DNA of 64,000 nucleotides, from assembly GCA_050613775.1 (NCBI GenBank), contig JBODTK010000101.1, positions 372,001-436,000 on the forward strand, in the 5' to 3' direction. Position 1 is the stretch's first letter; each line of letters starts with the position of its first letter. The notes under the pieces are model-generated. The model did no database searches. It was not told where the DNA came from and saw only the letters and a program-made list of their open reading frames with translations. Both the position numbers and the translations under genes were made by a program. This document shows, piece after piece, positions 46,837 to 58,361 of this stretch. Source of the stretch: Neocallimastix sp. 'constans' (Eukaryota).

Positions 46837-47782
46837 TAAAAAAAAAAAAAATATTCATTAAAATTTTAATTTTTTTTAAAAAATAATTTTAATAATAACC
46901 CAACCTATAAAAATTTAATAATATACCTTAACCCTAATAAAATAAAATAACAAATTAAAAGATATTTATTTTTTTAAATAAATATTAAAAAAAAAAAAAT
47001 TAAAAAAACCAATAATTAATAAAATATAAAATAATTTTCGATTAAAATATAAAATATTTAGATTATATATTAATTACATTTGTTCAACTATATTTAATTT
47101 ATTAAGTTTTTTAACATTAATAAATATAAAGGATTATATTTAATTTTTTTTCTTTTTTTTTTTTCTTTGTATATTAATATATATATATATTTTTTAAATA
47201 GTAAATTGTAACAAATATAAATTATGATATAAAGGAAATATTTATTTTTTAATATTTCTTTTTTAATAATTATTTTATAATTACACTCAGAAATACTTTT
47301 AAAGCCAATGAGTAATTGTTACTATTTGAAGTTTATAAGTCATTTTAATAAATATTTAGTAGGTCCTTTTGTTACTACATTATTATTATTTTTTGTACAA
47401 TTTACAATATTTTTAGACAAATATGATATTTTTCATTTTATGAATTACTATAAAAAGAAAATGGAAAATTTTATATATATTAAAAGCTAAAACAACCATA
47501 AGAAATTTTATTGGTTAAAAGATGATAACCATAAAACAATTTACATCTATCATTTTTAATTTTTCTTTATTCATTCATAAAAAAAAAAAAAAAAAAAAAG
47601 GAAATTTCATATTTTAAATTAAAAAAAAAATATTATACTTAGGCAAATTAATATAAAATGAACTTTAAAAAATTTTTTTTCTATTCTACATTTTAATAGT
47701 TAAAAAATAATATATAACATATTACAATTGATTATAATAAAATAATCATATATTATTACATATGATTATACGCTATAAATCA

Positions 47783-48341
47783 TGATATAAAATGAAATAT
47801 TCAAACCTTAATTAATATAAAATTAGTTTTTATTATTCAAACATAAATTAATGTCATAAATCAAATTTAAATCTAATGATTTTACAACAATTTCAATATG
47901 TGGCTTGATTTCTATATATTAATTATATTTATAATTAATAATAAATTTTATAGCATAAATCAATGTTTTAATTATATTCTTATTATTTTATATTTATATT
48001 TATATAGTTATTAAATATTTCCTTAAATAATAATTATTAACAGTTTATTCTAATCACAAGAACAATTAATTAAATAGTTAATTATAACTAAATAACATAA
48101 AAATAAAGCATTTCTCTGAATTAAAAGAAGGGCTGTAGTCGTCGTTGTTAAGTAAAAGTTAAGATTAAAAGTTATATTATGTTAAGTTAGTTTGTAATTA
48201 AAAGAATAAGAAAGTTGTTAAATAGTCTTTTTAAATATATGTAGTTTCTATATAAAATTAAATAAATAAATAAATAATAAATTAATAAATTTAATAAATA
48301 AATCCCAACAAAAGTACATCGAACTTTTGAGTTGTATATCA
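47783..48341 (+). repeat. 5' LTR
   Basis: Direct repeat of 51762-52320 with no difference seen by eye; TG...CA ends with a 7-bp inverted repeat. Confidence 0.95.
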
Positions 48342-48343
48342 AT

Positions 48344-48358
48344 TGGTGGAGATATCGG
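48344..48358 (+). promoter_or_regulatory. Primer-binding site (probably tRNA-Ala)
   Basis: TGGTGGAGATATCGG, 2 nt after the LTR; complementary to a tRNA 3' end ...UCUCCACCA typical of tRNA-Ala. Confidence 0.75.
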
Positions 48359-48427
48359 CTCTTGTGGGAGGAAAAATATATTTATTAAATTTTAATATTA
48401 TTTTTTTTTTAAATAAAATAAAATATA

Positions 48428-48467
<40 letters not shown>

Positions 48468-48521
48468 TTTTCGATTAAAGAATTTTTCAGTCAATTAGAA
48501 AATAGAATTAAAGTTAAAAAT

Positions 48522-49388
48522 ATGACTGAAGAATTAATTAAAAATCAAAATAAACTAATGCAATTCCAATGCATTCAAGTCCTTTCAGATTCAAATAAGG
48601 ATGTTGATGCTTGGTATAACCAGATGAAGGCTTGGATCACTCTTTACCAAATTACTGATGAAAAAGAAATTTTTAATAATTGTAAATTTAAAGTGATTGG
48701 TAAAAGTATCCATTGTCTTAATGCATTAGTAACTAAAGATGTGGATAATAATATTGTTTATCCATCTTTAGAAGAAATACGTGATGCTCTTCTAGAATTT
48801 CATGACTTATATATGGACCCAGAAGACATCATTGATAAACTTAAAAATATGGCAATATCTACCAGAGGAAATATAAAGGAATTTAATAAAGAATATAAAG
48901 AATTATATAATAAACTCGATGAAGATGATCGTAGATGCATTTCTGTTTCTGATTATTTGAAGTCAATTTTTAACAAGAAAGAAGCATGGAAAGGTGTAAA
49001 ACTTGCGGGAAAAAGAATTAGTCTAGCAAAAGCTTTTTCTACAGCCGAATTAATTGATGAAGTTGAAAATGAATGTGAAAAAAGAACTAGTAACTCTAAT
49101 GGAAATCCTTCTTACAACCAAAAATTTAATTCACATAATAACAAAATTTTTAATAATAAATCAGTCACTCATGAGTCACGTGATAATAATTTCAAAAATA
49201 ATAAATTGAATAATGATGGAAATAAAGGTAAATACAGAGTACAAATGTGCTATTTTTGTAATGAAGAAGGTCACAAGAAATACAATTGTCCTAAATTTAA
49301 TCACTTTGAATATTTGAAATACCAAAGAATGCTAAATGAAGAATCAAGTGGTTCCGCTAATGGCTCAAACGAACGTTTAAACTACTAA
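48522..49388 (+). CDS. gag: Retrotransposon Gag with CCHC zinc knuckle
   Basis: First ATG at 48522; capsid-like helical region; CYFCNEEGHKKYNC. Confidence 0.9.
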   Translation: MTEELIKNQNKLMQFQCIQVLSDSNKDVDAWYNQMKAWITLYQITDEKEIFNNCKFKVIGKSIHCLNALVTKDVDNNIVYPSLEEIRDALLEFHDLYMDPEDIIDKLKNMAISTRGNIKEFNKEYKELYNKLDEDDRRCISVSDYLKSIFNKKEAWKGVKLAGKRISLAKAFSTAELIDEVENECEKRTSNSNGNPSYNQKFNSHNNKIFNNKSVTHESRDNNFKNNKLNNDGNKGKYRVQMCYFCNEEGHKKYNCPKFNHFEYLKYQRMLNEESSGSANGSNERLNY

Positions 49389-49410
49389 GAGGGAGTGAAC
49401 GTTCTCCCTT
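49376..49410 (+). promoter_or_regulatory. -1 programmed ribosomal frameshift signal
   Basis: Slippery heptamer T TTA AAC in the gag frame at 49376-49382, 6-nt spacer, then stem GAGGGAG..CTCCCTT. The -1 frame is open to 51739. Confidence 0.85.
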
Positions 49411-51739
49411 AAATTCCAATAACGTTCCTGAGAAGAAGAAATATTTTGTTGATGCTGCCAAAAGAAAGGAGTTTTCTTTAGATGCTGGAACGGAAATTAG
49501 GAAAGCTAAAGCGAATACAGCTAATAGAAGTGATATTTTCCAAAAAGATGAAGAAGAAAAAGATGAAGTAGAAGAAGAAGTCGATTTATCTAAAAGGAAA
49601 ATACTAAAACCTAAAGTTAGAAAGAATTTAAAGACGATTACCTTTAATGAGAGCATTAAAATAAATAAATCTTCTCCAGATTTAAACAATAATAATAATC
49701 ATGTTATTAATGATAATAAATTAAACAAAGATGAAGAAATTAAAAATAAAAATAAAATTAATAAAGAAAGTAATAATTATGTTAACAAATCATCACGTGA
49801 AGACCAGTTGAATAACAAAAATAGAAATAATTTCAAAAATTCAAATATTAATAATTTACAAGGAACTGTAATTAATAAGAAAGTGGTCTTTGAAGAAACA
49901 AAATTAAAAATTAATGAACAGGAAGGTAACACAAAACCAGAACGTCACATAAATCTAGCTAAATTAACCAATATGGAACCATATGAAATTATTAAAGATT
50001 TAGCCAATACCAAATGCAACATTACTTTTGGTCAAATATTAGATATATGTCCTAAATTAAGGTCTGAACTAACCAAAAATTTAAAATTAGAAAAAATAAA
50101 ATTTGTTAGTTCTTTGGATGCCATGGAACCTTTTATTATTAATGAAGAAGAAAATAATCAGAATAAAATAGAAAATACAAAATTTCATAGTGACGACTTG
50201 GGGATCGTGAATGCATCTGTAGACGAAACCGAAGGAAGATTACTCATAGATTCTGGAAGTAATTTGAATCTAGTGAGTACTAGTTATATTAATAGTCTAC
50301 CTGGTACCTATGAACAAGTTAATATATGTAGAGGCAGAATTTATGAAGCTCTTGGGGATAGTACTATTGCGAATGCTATCGTGGTTCGACTAAAAGTTTC
50401 AATTAATAATTATACTTTCACAGCAGATTTCTGTGTTATTGATCATAAAGATATTTACTTTGATTTCTTATTAGGACTTAAATCAATTGCTGATAATTAC
50501 CTTTTCATTCATGCGATGTTAAGATCGTTGTGTCGTTTTGCTTCAGTTGAAAACTTTGATATCATTGCTCCTATCGTTGAGAACCAAGCTATTGAAAAGA
50601 ATTCGTGTGGTATCAATTTTATTAGACCTAATAAGAATAATGAAGAAAATAGTATAAAAGAAATATCTAAGAAAAAGGAAGTATCATCTCAGGAGGGAAA
50701 GAATAAGGACTTAAGAAAGAAGGACATTATGAAAAGTAAAAATTTTAATAAATCAGAAAAGTTAAAAATTTCTAATGCAAAAATTCCAAAAATTAATTTA
50801 GACAATAAAATTAAAAATTTCAAAATTATTTCAAATTTAAAAATTTCGAGGGAAAAAGCAAGGTATATAGAAAATCCAAAAATCATGGAATATTCCAAAA
50901 ATTCAATAAATTCTGGAGACACCAAAGATAATAAAATTTATTATAATCAAAATATATATAGAAATAAATTAACTAATTTAAATGATAATATATTAGAATA
51001 TATTAATAATATGAAGAATAATATAAATTGTAATAGACATATACAAGAAATAAATCAAAATAAATTAAAAAAATTTATAAATCAATTGATTCAATTAAAA
51101 TCCAATATCATTGAGTATAATAATAATATATTGCACAATATAAATACCTATATATTACAATATAATGAAAGAGAAGCTTTTATGGATGAAAAACATAAAA
51201 TTAAAGATCTATGTCAATTGCAAAATCAATTATACCAAGTTTTCAATAATATATTAGAAAATAAAATAGATACATATATTAACAATAATAATTACCAAGT
51301 TAATGCTATAAATCATAAAGATTCTAGTAGTAATGAAAGTGCAAATGAAATAGAACAAGAACAAAATGAAATTAATACTAAAGGTAACAAAGAAATTAGT
51401 GAATTTAAGAAAGAAGTTTTAGAGGACCATTTTATAAATTTAAATGCAGAAGAATACATTAAAGACCGAGATAACTCTAGAAAAATTATCATGAAAAATG
51501 AATTTTCAAATACTACAGAAAAATATGCAACAAAGAAACAAAATGAAATAAAAATTGGCGAGTTAGTCAAAGTAAAAAAATTTTCGAGATATAAATTAGA
51601 CCCTTATTTTGTTGGACCTTATCAAGTAGTTAAAAAGAAATTTAATACAGTTCAATTAATGGATCCTAATACACATACATGCTTAGAACGACCAGTACAC
51701 CTTAAAAATATTATAAAATTTAATACAACTAATGTATAG
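49382..51739 (+). CDS. Frameshift-expressed truncated Pol: aspartic protease, long Asn/Lys-rich linker, GPY/F integrase C-terminal module
   Basis: No stop from 49382 into the supplied ORF 49808-51739. LLIDSGSNLNLVS protease active site and DFLLGL; C-terminal GELVKVK..KLDPYFVGPYQVVKK..VHLKNI. No YxDD, RNase H, HHCC or DDE motifs. Confidence 0.85.
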   Translation, partial: LLRGSERSPLNSNNVPEKKKYFVDAAKRKEFSLDAGTEIRKAKANTANRSDIFQKDEEEKDEVEEEVDLSKRKILKPKVRKNLKTITFNESIKINKSSPDLNNNNNHVINDNKLNKDEEIKNKNKINKESNNYVNKSSREDQLNNKNRNNFKNSNINNLQGTVINKKVVFEETKLKINEQEGNTKPERHINLAKLTNMEPYEIIKDLANTKCNITFGQILDICPKLRSELTKNLKLEKIKFVSSLDAMEPFIINEEENNQNKIENTKFHSDDLGIVNASVDETEGRLLIDSGSNLNLVSTSYINSLPGTYEQVNICRGRIYEALGDSTIANAIVVRLKVSINNYTFTADFCVIDHKDIYFDFLLGLKSIADNYLFIHAMLRSLCRFASVENFDIIAPIVENQAIEKNSCGINFIRPNKNNEENSIKEISKKKEVSSQEGKNKDLRKKDIMKSKNFNKSEKLKISNAKIPKINLDNKIKNFKIISNLKISREKARYIENPKIMEYSKNSINSGDTKDNKIYYNQNIYRNKLTNLNDNILEYINNMKNNINCNRHIQEINQNKLKKFINQLIQLKSNIIEYNNNILHNINTYILQYNEREAFMDEKHKIKDLCQLQNQLYQVFNNILENKIDTYINNNNYQVNAINHKDSSSNESANEIEQEQNEINTKGNKEISEFKKEVLEDHFINLNAEEYIKDRDNSRKIIMKNEFSNTTEKYATKKQNEIKIGELVKVKKFSRYKLDPYFVGPYQVVKKKFNTVQLMDPNTHTCLERPVHLKNIIKFNTTNV

Positions 51740-51748
51740 TTGTATCTT

Positions 51749-51761
51749 AAGGTGGGACGAA
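51749..51761 (+). promoter_or_regulatory. Polypurine tract
   Basis: AAGGTGGGACGAA immediately before the 3' LTR. Confidence 0.7.
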
Positions 51762-52320
51762 TGATATAAAATGAAATATTCAAACCTTAATTAATATAAA
51801 ATTAGTTTTTATTATTCAAACATAAATTAATGTCATAAATCAAATTTAAATCTAATGATTTTACAACAATTTCAATATGTGGCTTGATTTCTATATATTA
51901 ATTATATTTATAATTAATAATAAATTTTATAGCATAAATCAATGTTTTAATTATATTCTTATTATTTTATATTTATATTTATATAGTTATTAAATATTTC
52001 CTTAAATAATAATTATTAACAGTTTATTCTAATCACAAGAACAATTAATTAAATAGTTAATTATAACTAAATAACATAAAAATAAAGCATTTCTCTGAAT
52101 TAAAAGAAGGGCTGTAGTCGTCGTTGTTAAGTAAAAGTTAAGATTAAAAGTTATATTATGTTAAGTTAGTTTGTAATTAAAAGAATAAGAAAGTTGTTAA
52201 ATAGTCTTTTTAAATATATGTAGTTTCTATATAAAATTAAATAAATAAATAAATAATAAATTAATAAATTTAATAAATAAATCCCAACAAAAGTACATCG
52301 AACTTTTGAGTTGTATATCA
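51762..52320 (+). repeat. 3' LTR
   Basis: Direct repeat of 47783-48341. Confidence 0.95.
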
Positions 52321-52438
52321 ATCATAAATCATAAATCATAAATCATAAATCATAAATAATAATAAATCATAAATCATAAATAATAATAAATCATAAATCA
52401 TAAATAATAATAAATCATAAATCATAAATAATAAATAA

Positions 52439-52470
<32 letters not shown>

Positions 52471-52632
52471 AAATAATAAATAATAAATAATAAATAATAA
52501 ATAATAAATAATAAATAATAAATAATAAATAATAAATAAATAGATAAATAAATAAATAATAAATAATAAATAATAAATAATAAATAATAAATAATAAATA
52601 ATAAATAATAAATAATAAATAATAGATAATAA
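52321..52632. repeat. (ATCATAA)n grading into (AATAATA)n heptamer microsatellite
   Basis: Tandem 7-mers directly abutting the 3' LTR. Confidence 0.9.
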
Positions 52633-53133
52633 ATACTAAAAACTAAATAATAAAATAATTAAAATAACTAATAAATAATCCTTAATGAATAACGAATAAT
52701 CCGTAATGAACTATGAATAATGAATAATAGAATAAATGAATAAATGAATAGATGAATAAATGAATAAATAATAATTATAATAGAAATTAACAAAAGAATA
52801 TTAACATTGAATTTTATTTTATTTTATTTTCTTTTTGTTGTATATTAATCTTTGATTTCCTGAAAATAACTTTTAAAATAATGATAACAGTATAAATCAA
52901 ATACAATCTTTTATTTTATTCATTTAGTTATTCTTCAATTTTATAAAGTAAAAATTGAAAAAAAAAAAGTGTGGATTATGATTTTTATTTTTTATATATT
53001 TAAATAATAGTTACAATGACAGATGTTAATTATTAGAAACATGTAAAAAAAAAAAAAAAAAAGATTAAAGGAAATATTAAATAAAAGTATATTGTAATAA
53101 TTTTACATACGTATTTAAATAATTTGTAACAAA

Positions 53134-53164
<31 letters not shown>

Positions 53165-53317
53165 ATTAACAATAACATTAATAAAAATAAAAAGAATGTA
53201 TAATATTCATTAATAATAAAATATAATTTTTTTATTAGGTTTTGATTATATTTTGTATTTCATGTGTGATATATTATTTATTTTTAATATAATTTTTATC
53301 ATCATTAAATTTTTTAA

Positions 53318-53380
<63 letters not shown>

Positions 53381-53423
53381 TTATTTTATTTTTTTTTTTA
53401 TATTTTTCTATATTATACAATTT

Positions 53424-54164
53424 TCATTTTCCCGATATATCAGGTTGAGGAGATGAATTATTGGAAATCGTTTGATTATTATTTTCTATATTAATATTAT
53501 GTTGAGATTCGGGTATAGAAAATTTTGAATTATGTTGTTTATTAGCTGGCAACTCATCTATTAATGAATATTTTTCTATGGAAGGTTGTGTTACAGAAGA
53601 TTTTCTACTAACAATATATGAAACTATTGAATTTTGAGTGGTGCAGATGTGAGAATTATTTGATTTATATAATTTAACAGAATTTTGAGAAAGATTTGAA
53701 TTTTGTGTGATAATGGATCCTGTTTGTAGATAAGGATTATTTAAAGATACACGTCTTATACTAGGTTGAGATTGACGCCGTTGAGGCAATTGTTGAGATA
53801 GTCTACGAGTCTGTGGTAGATATGCTATTGGTTGGGATTTTCTACGATCATATTGAACTAATTGTTGAGTATGTAAATTAGATCTTAATGATGATGATGA
53901 TGATGATGGTGATTCGGGGCCCATTTCTACTACTGAAATATTATGTTTAGAGTTATTACTTATATTTTGATCTTTTCTTTGTGAATGACTTACATGTGTT
54001 TTCTTTATATATATCTTGATACTCATTAATGTTAATATCTTTTAATATATAAAATTATATTTTATATTTTTATAATAAAAAAAAGTAAAAAAAAAAAAAA
54101 AATAATAATATTAATATATCTATAATTTATATGTATAACTCTAAACATAACTGTAATAATAATA

Positions 54165-54219
<55 letters not shown>

Positions 54220-54571
54220 TATCATTTATAATAGTAATAACGAATTATATATGAATTTTTTTTTTTTTTTGATATAAATATATACCGATAGTCCAGCGTA
54301 AAGGTATGCTATTATTAAAAAGTATTTAGCTATATTAGAAATATGTTCTAAGTCCTCATAATCTTCATTTTCAAAACTATCATCTGAACTATTATTCATA
54401 TCAATCATTACATAGACTATAACTGATGCAATGACTGAAATTATAATAGATATAATTACTGTAATTATATGCCCTATGTACCATACTTTCAATGTCAGTC
54501 TTTTTTTCTATATTATATGTTTATTTAAATTATTTAAAGAAATAGTTATTATTATCATTCAAAAGATTATA

Positions 54572-54609
<38 letters not shown>

Positions 54610-55078
54610 AAGAATATTTTGTAATCAAGAACTTGTTTGATTAAAAATTTAATTTATTTATTATTAATATAATTATTTTTAATTACTGCAATTATGGTGT
54701 ATAGCGTAACTCCATAAACTGTTAATCCTATAAGATTAAGGGAAAATATTGAAATAATCTTTTATATATAAATATATTTTATAGATTAATTATTAAAAAA
54801 TTTATAAAATTTTATGTTAATACTTGTTTTTATTTTTATATTTATATTTATTTTATTTTATTCATTTATTTTTTATTATTTTTTTTTACTTTTTATTTTT
54901 TTTTTTTATTATTTTATTTTATTTTATTTTTATTTTTATTATATTTTTAATCATTTTTTTAATCAATTTTTTTTTATATATTTTAATTTATTCATTTTTT
55001 TTTTATTTTTTATTTTTGGTATATTACTGTTATTGTTAGCAGAAGTAGTATTAGAAAAAAGGTATAAATTTTGCTCAT
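53424..55078 (-). CDS. Small multi-TM protein, paralog A, with Ser/Gln-rich tail; 4 exons
   Basis: In-frame exons MSKIYTFFLILLLLTIT | IISIFSLNLIGLTVYGVTLYTIIA | KKRLTLKVWYIGHIITV..YLYAGLS | ILTLMSIK.. (ORF 53424-54026). Confidence 0.7.
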
Positions 55079-55311
55079 TAATAATTATTTATGTTTCTTG
55101 AATAATTTGGATATTAAATAATTGATATATATTTTTATTATATATATATTTTTTTATATTCTTTTGTTGTGATTTTATTTTATTTATTTTTATTTATATA
55201 TATATTTATATATATATTTTTTATATTCACTGGTATTTTAATGTATATTATTTTTATATATTTATTGTAACTTTTTTTTCTTATTTTAATGATCTTATTA
55301 TATTATTATTT

Positions 55312-55358
<47 letters not shown>

Positions 55359-55597
55359 GATAATTAAAATAATTTTAAAAATAAATATTAATATTTTTAC
55401 TATTATTATTTTATGATTAGACCATTATTTATTTATTTCAAAAAAAAAAAATATTTTTCTTAATGTAATTTTTTTTTTATTAAATGATATAATGTAAATA
55501 TTAAAAATTAAAAATGATAGTATATGATAAAATTGTTTTTTTTTTTTTTTTTTTTATTTCATTTTATTTTATCCATGAATTTTTTAATTTTTTTTTT

Positions 55598-55646
<49 letters not shown>

Positions 55647-56473
55647 CAGATTAATTTATTTAAACGTTATTACTTTAAAAACATTTTGTGATAAATATGT
55701 TTAAAAGATTATGAATAGTAGATATAAATATATATGGATAATATATAAATCTAAATGAAATAAGATTTTATTTAAGTACTAATTAAGTATCTGTAATATC
55801 CATATCTGTTATTATAATTTTAAATTTAAATCTTTATCAATATAAACTATATCTAATATATATATATAAAATTTTAACTTTTTTTTTATTTTTTTATTTA
55901 TTATTTTTTTTATATTATTTTTTTTTTATATTTATTTTTATTTTATTATGTTTATTATGTAAATATTTTTACTTTTATTTTTTTATATTTACTTTTTGTA
56001 TATATATATATATATATATATTATTTTTATTTTTATTTTATTTTTGTATTATTAGTAATTTAATATATATTATATAAATATATATAATATTTTAGAAATA
56101 TAAATTATAGATTAATATATACACCGGTTATTTATATTAAATAATTCTCTATTATTTCTATTAGAAAAAAATGTCATTATTTTTGAATATATATATTATT
56201 ATTTTTTAATTTTAAATTGTCATCATAAATATATATTTCTGTAATCTCATTTTAATCATAATAAAAGAAATCAATATTTTATTTATACATATATATATAA
56301 TATATTCTCTATTGCACTATTCATAAAAGGAATTCAATGAATTTTTATTTTTATTTATTTTTATTTTATTTCATTTTTTTTTAAAACTATAATATTAGAT
56401 TCATTAGGTTAATCTATTTTTAGTAAAATTTAATTATATTATTTTGATATAAATAATATTTTAACGTTCATAC

Positions 56474-56872
56474 TTTATTTCATTATTAGTAACATTATTG
56501 ATATTATAATGATAATAATTTATATAATAATTATTTAGATTAAAAGAAAGACCATTAACTTTTTTTTTTTTTTTTTTTTTTTTTTATATTTATTTCATTG
56601 TTAGTAACATTATTAATATTATAATAATAATAATAATTTATATAATAATTATTTAGATTAAAAGAAAGACCATTAACTTTTTTTTTTTTTTTTTTTTTTT
56701 ATATTTATTTCATTATTAATAACATTATCGATATTATAATAATAATAATTTATATATTATTTAGATTATTAAACTTTTTTTTTTATATTTATTTCATTAT
56801 TAGTAAGATTATTGATATTATAATAATAATAATTATTTAGATTAAATGAAAAAAGACCATTAAATAAACTTT
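56474..56872. repeat. Imperfect ~85-115 bp tandem repeat, 4 copies
   Basis: Unit TTTATTTCATT(A/G)TTAGTAACATTATTGATATTATAAT..TTTAGATTAAAAGAAAGACCATTAAC(T)n recurs at ~56474, 56588, 56703 and 56788. Confidence 0.8.
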
Positions 56873-57291
56873 TTATTTTTTTTATATTTTTTTTTTTTAT
56901 TTTTATGTATTTGATTTACTGATATATTTTATGATAATGTCTATTTTAGTAAATAGTAAATTTAGAATTTTTATTTTTCTTTTTTCTTTTTTATTAAAAA
57001 AAAAAAAAAAAAGAAAAAACAATATTTTATTTTTTTTTATTAATGATATATATGTATTAATATATTTTTAACTATAACTTAACTTTTTTTTATTTCTATT
57101 ATTATATATCATTATTATTTTATTTTTTTTTATTTATTAAAAATATATTTAAATTTTTAATTTTTTTTTATAATTTTTTTTAAAAAAAAATAAATTGCAC
57201 ATGCTTATATATGATAAAATAATATATATTTAATATTTAATATAACTATTATTAAAAGTGATAGTCATAAAAAAAAAATTATTATTTCAAT

Positions 57292-57339
<48 letters not shown>

Positions 57340-57408
57340 ATTTTATTTTAATTGTTAAAATTTTTTTTTTCTCTTTGTGTATAAGGAGGAGGTATTAATT
57401 CAATTTAA

Positions 57409-57450
<42 letters not shown>

Positions 57451-57656
57451 ATTAGTGTATTAGTGTATATGAAGGAGATAATAATATTTGGATATTTATG
57501 GATATATATGCTCAATATACAATATAAATATATATTTATTTTATATTTATATTCTTTATATATTAATGTATTTTTTTTTTATTTATTTTCTTTATATATA
57601 ATATATATTTATATTGCACCTATACACATTTTTATGCTGTTTTACATTATATGATT

Positions 57657-57713
<57 letters not shown>

Positions 57714-57765
57714 CTTTGTGATACATTAAAGGAATAAGTAATGATTTGATTGATGTAATTTTTTT

Positions 57766-58324
57766 TTATGGTGCATAAGGAGGAGGTAATGATTCAATTG
57801 AAGTAATATCTTGTCTATTTGTTTGTCGTATTATAGATTGTTGTAATGTTGGGGTAGATAGGGCAATACTTCTTGATATATTTGAACTATGAGTAATATT
57901 AGAATTTATATTAATGGTATTGCTAGAGTAAGAAGGACAAGATGGAAAGAATATTTCATTGGTACTATTTGGATTAATAGTATAATTTATTGATGAAGTT
58001 AATGCTGAATTAGATGGTCCATATGATTTATATGTCGGTAATGTATCCAGTGATGGTGGATTTGGTGAATTTCTCGATATAAATTGTGTGTTTAAATTTG
58101 ATTCTGTTGAAGGATATGCAACAGTTCTATAGGTGTGTTCAATTCCGTTATTGTAACTTTGAGAATTTTCTCCTTTCTGAGTATTTATTTGTTTATATTG
58201 CTTGACATTTACTGAGATGAAAATCTTTAAATATTAATATTAAATTATTATTATTATTTATTTATATATTTATATATTTATTTTTTATTTTTTATATTAT
58301 TATATTTTACTTTATTTTATTTTT

Positions 58325-58361
<37 letters not shown>

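Larger units (their letters stand above)
47783..52320 (+). mobile_element. Young non-autonomous Ty3/Gypsy-type LTR retroelement (4538 bp): gag + protease + integrase C-terminal tail, no RT/RH/IN core
   Basis: Two 559-bp LTRs (TGATATA...TATATCA), TSD ATCA (47779-47782 and 52321-52324), PBS, PPT, and two overlapping ORFs. Confidence 0.95.

Noticed and set aside
56474..56872. Repeat array considered as CRISPR-like
   Set aside because: Degenerate AT-rich tandem duplication without unique spacers, in a eukaryotic locus with no cas genes.
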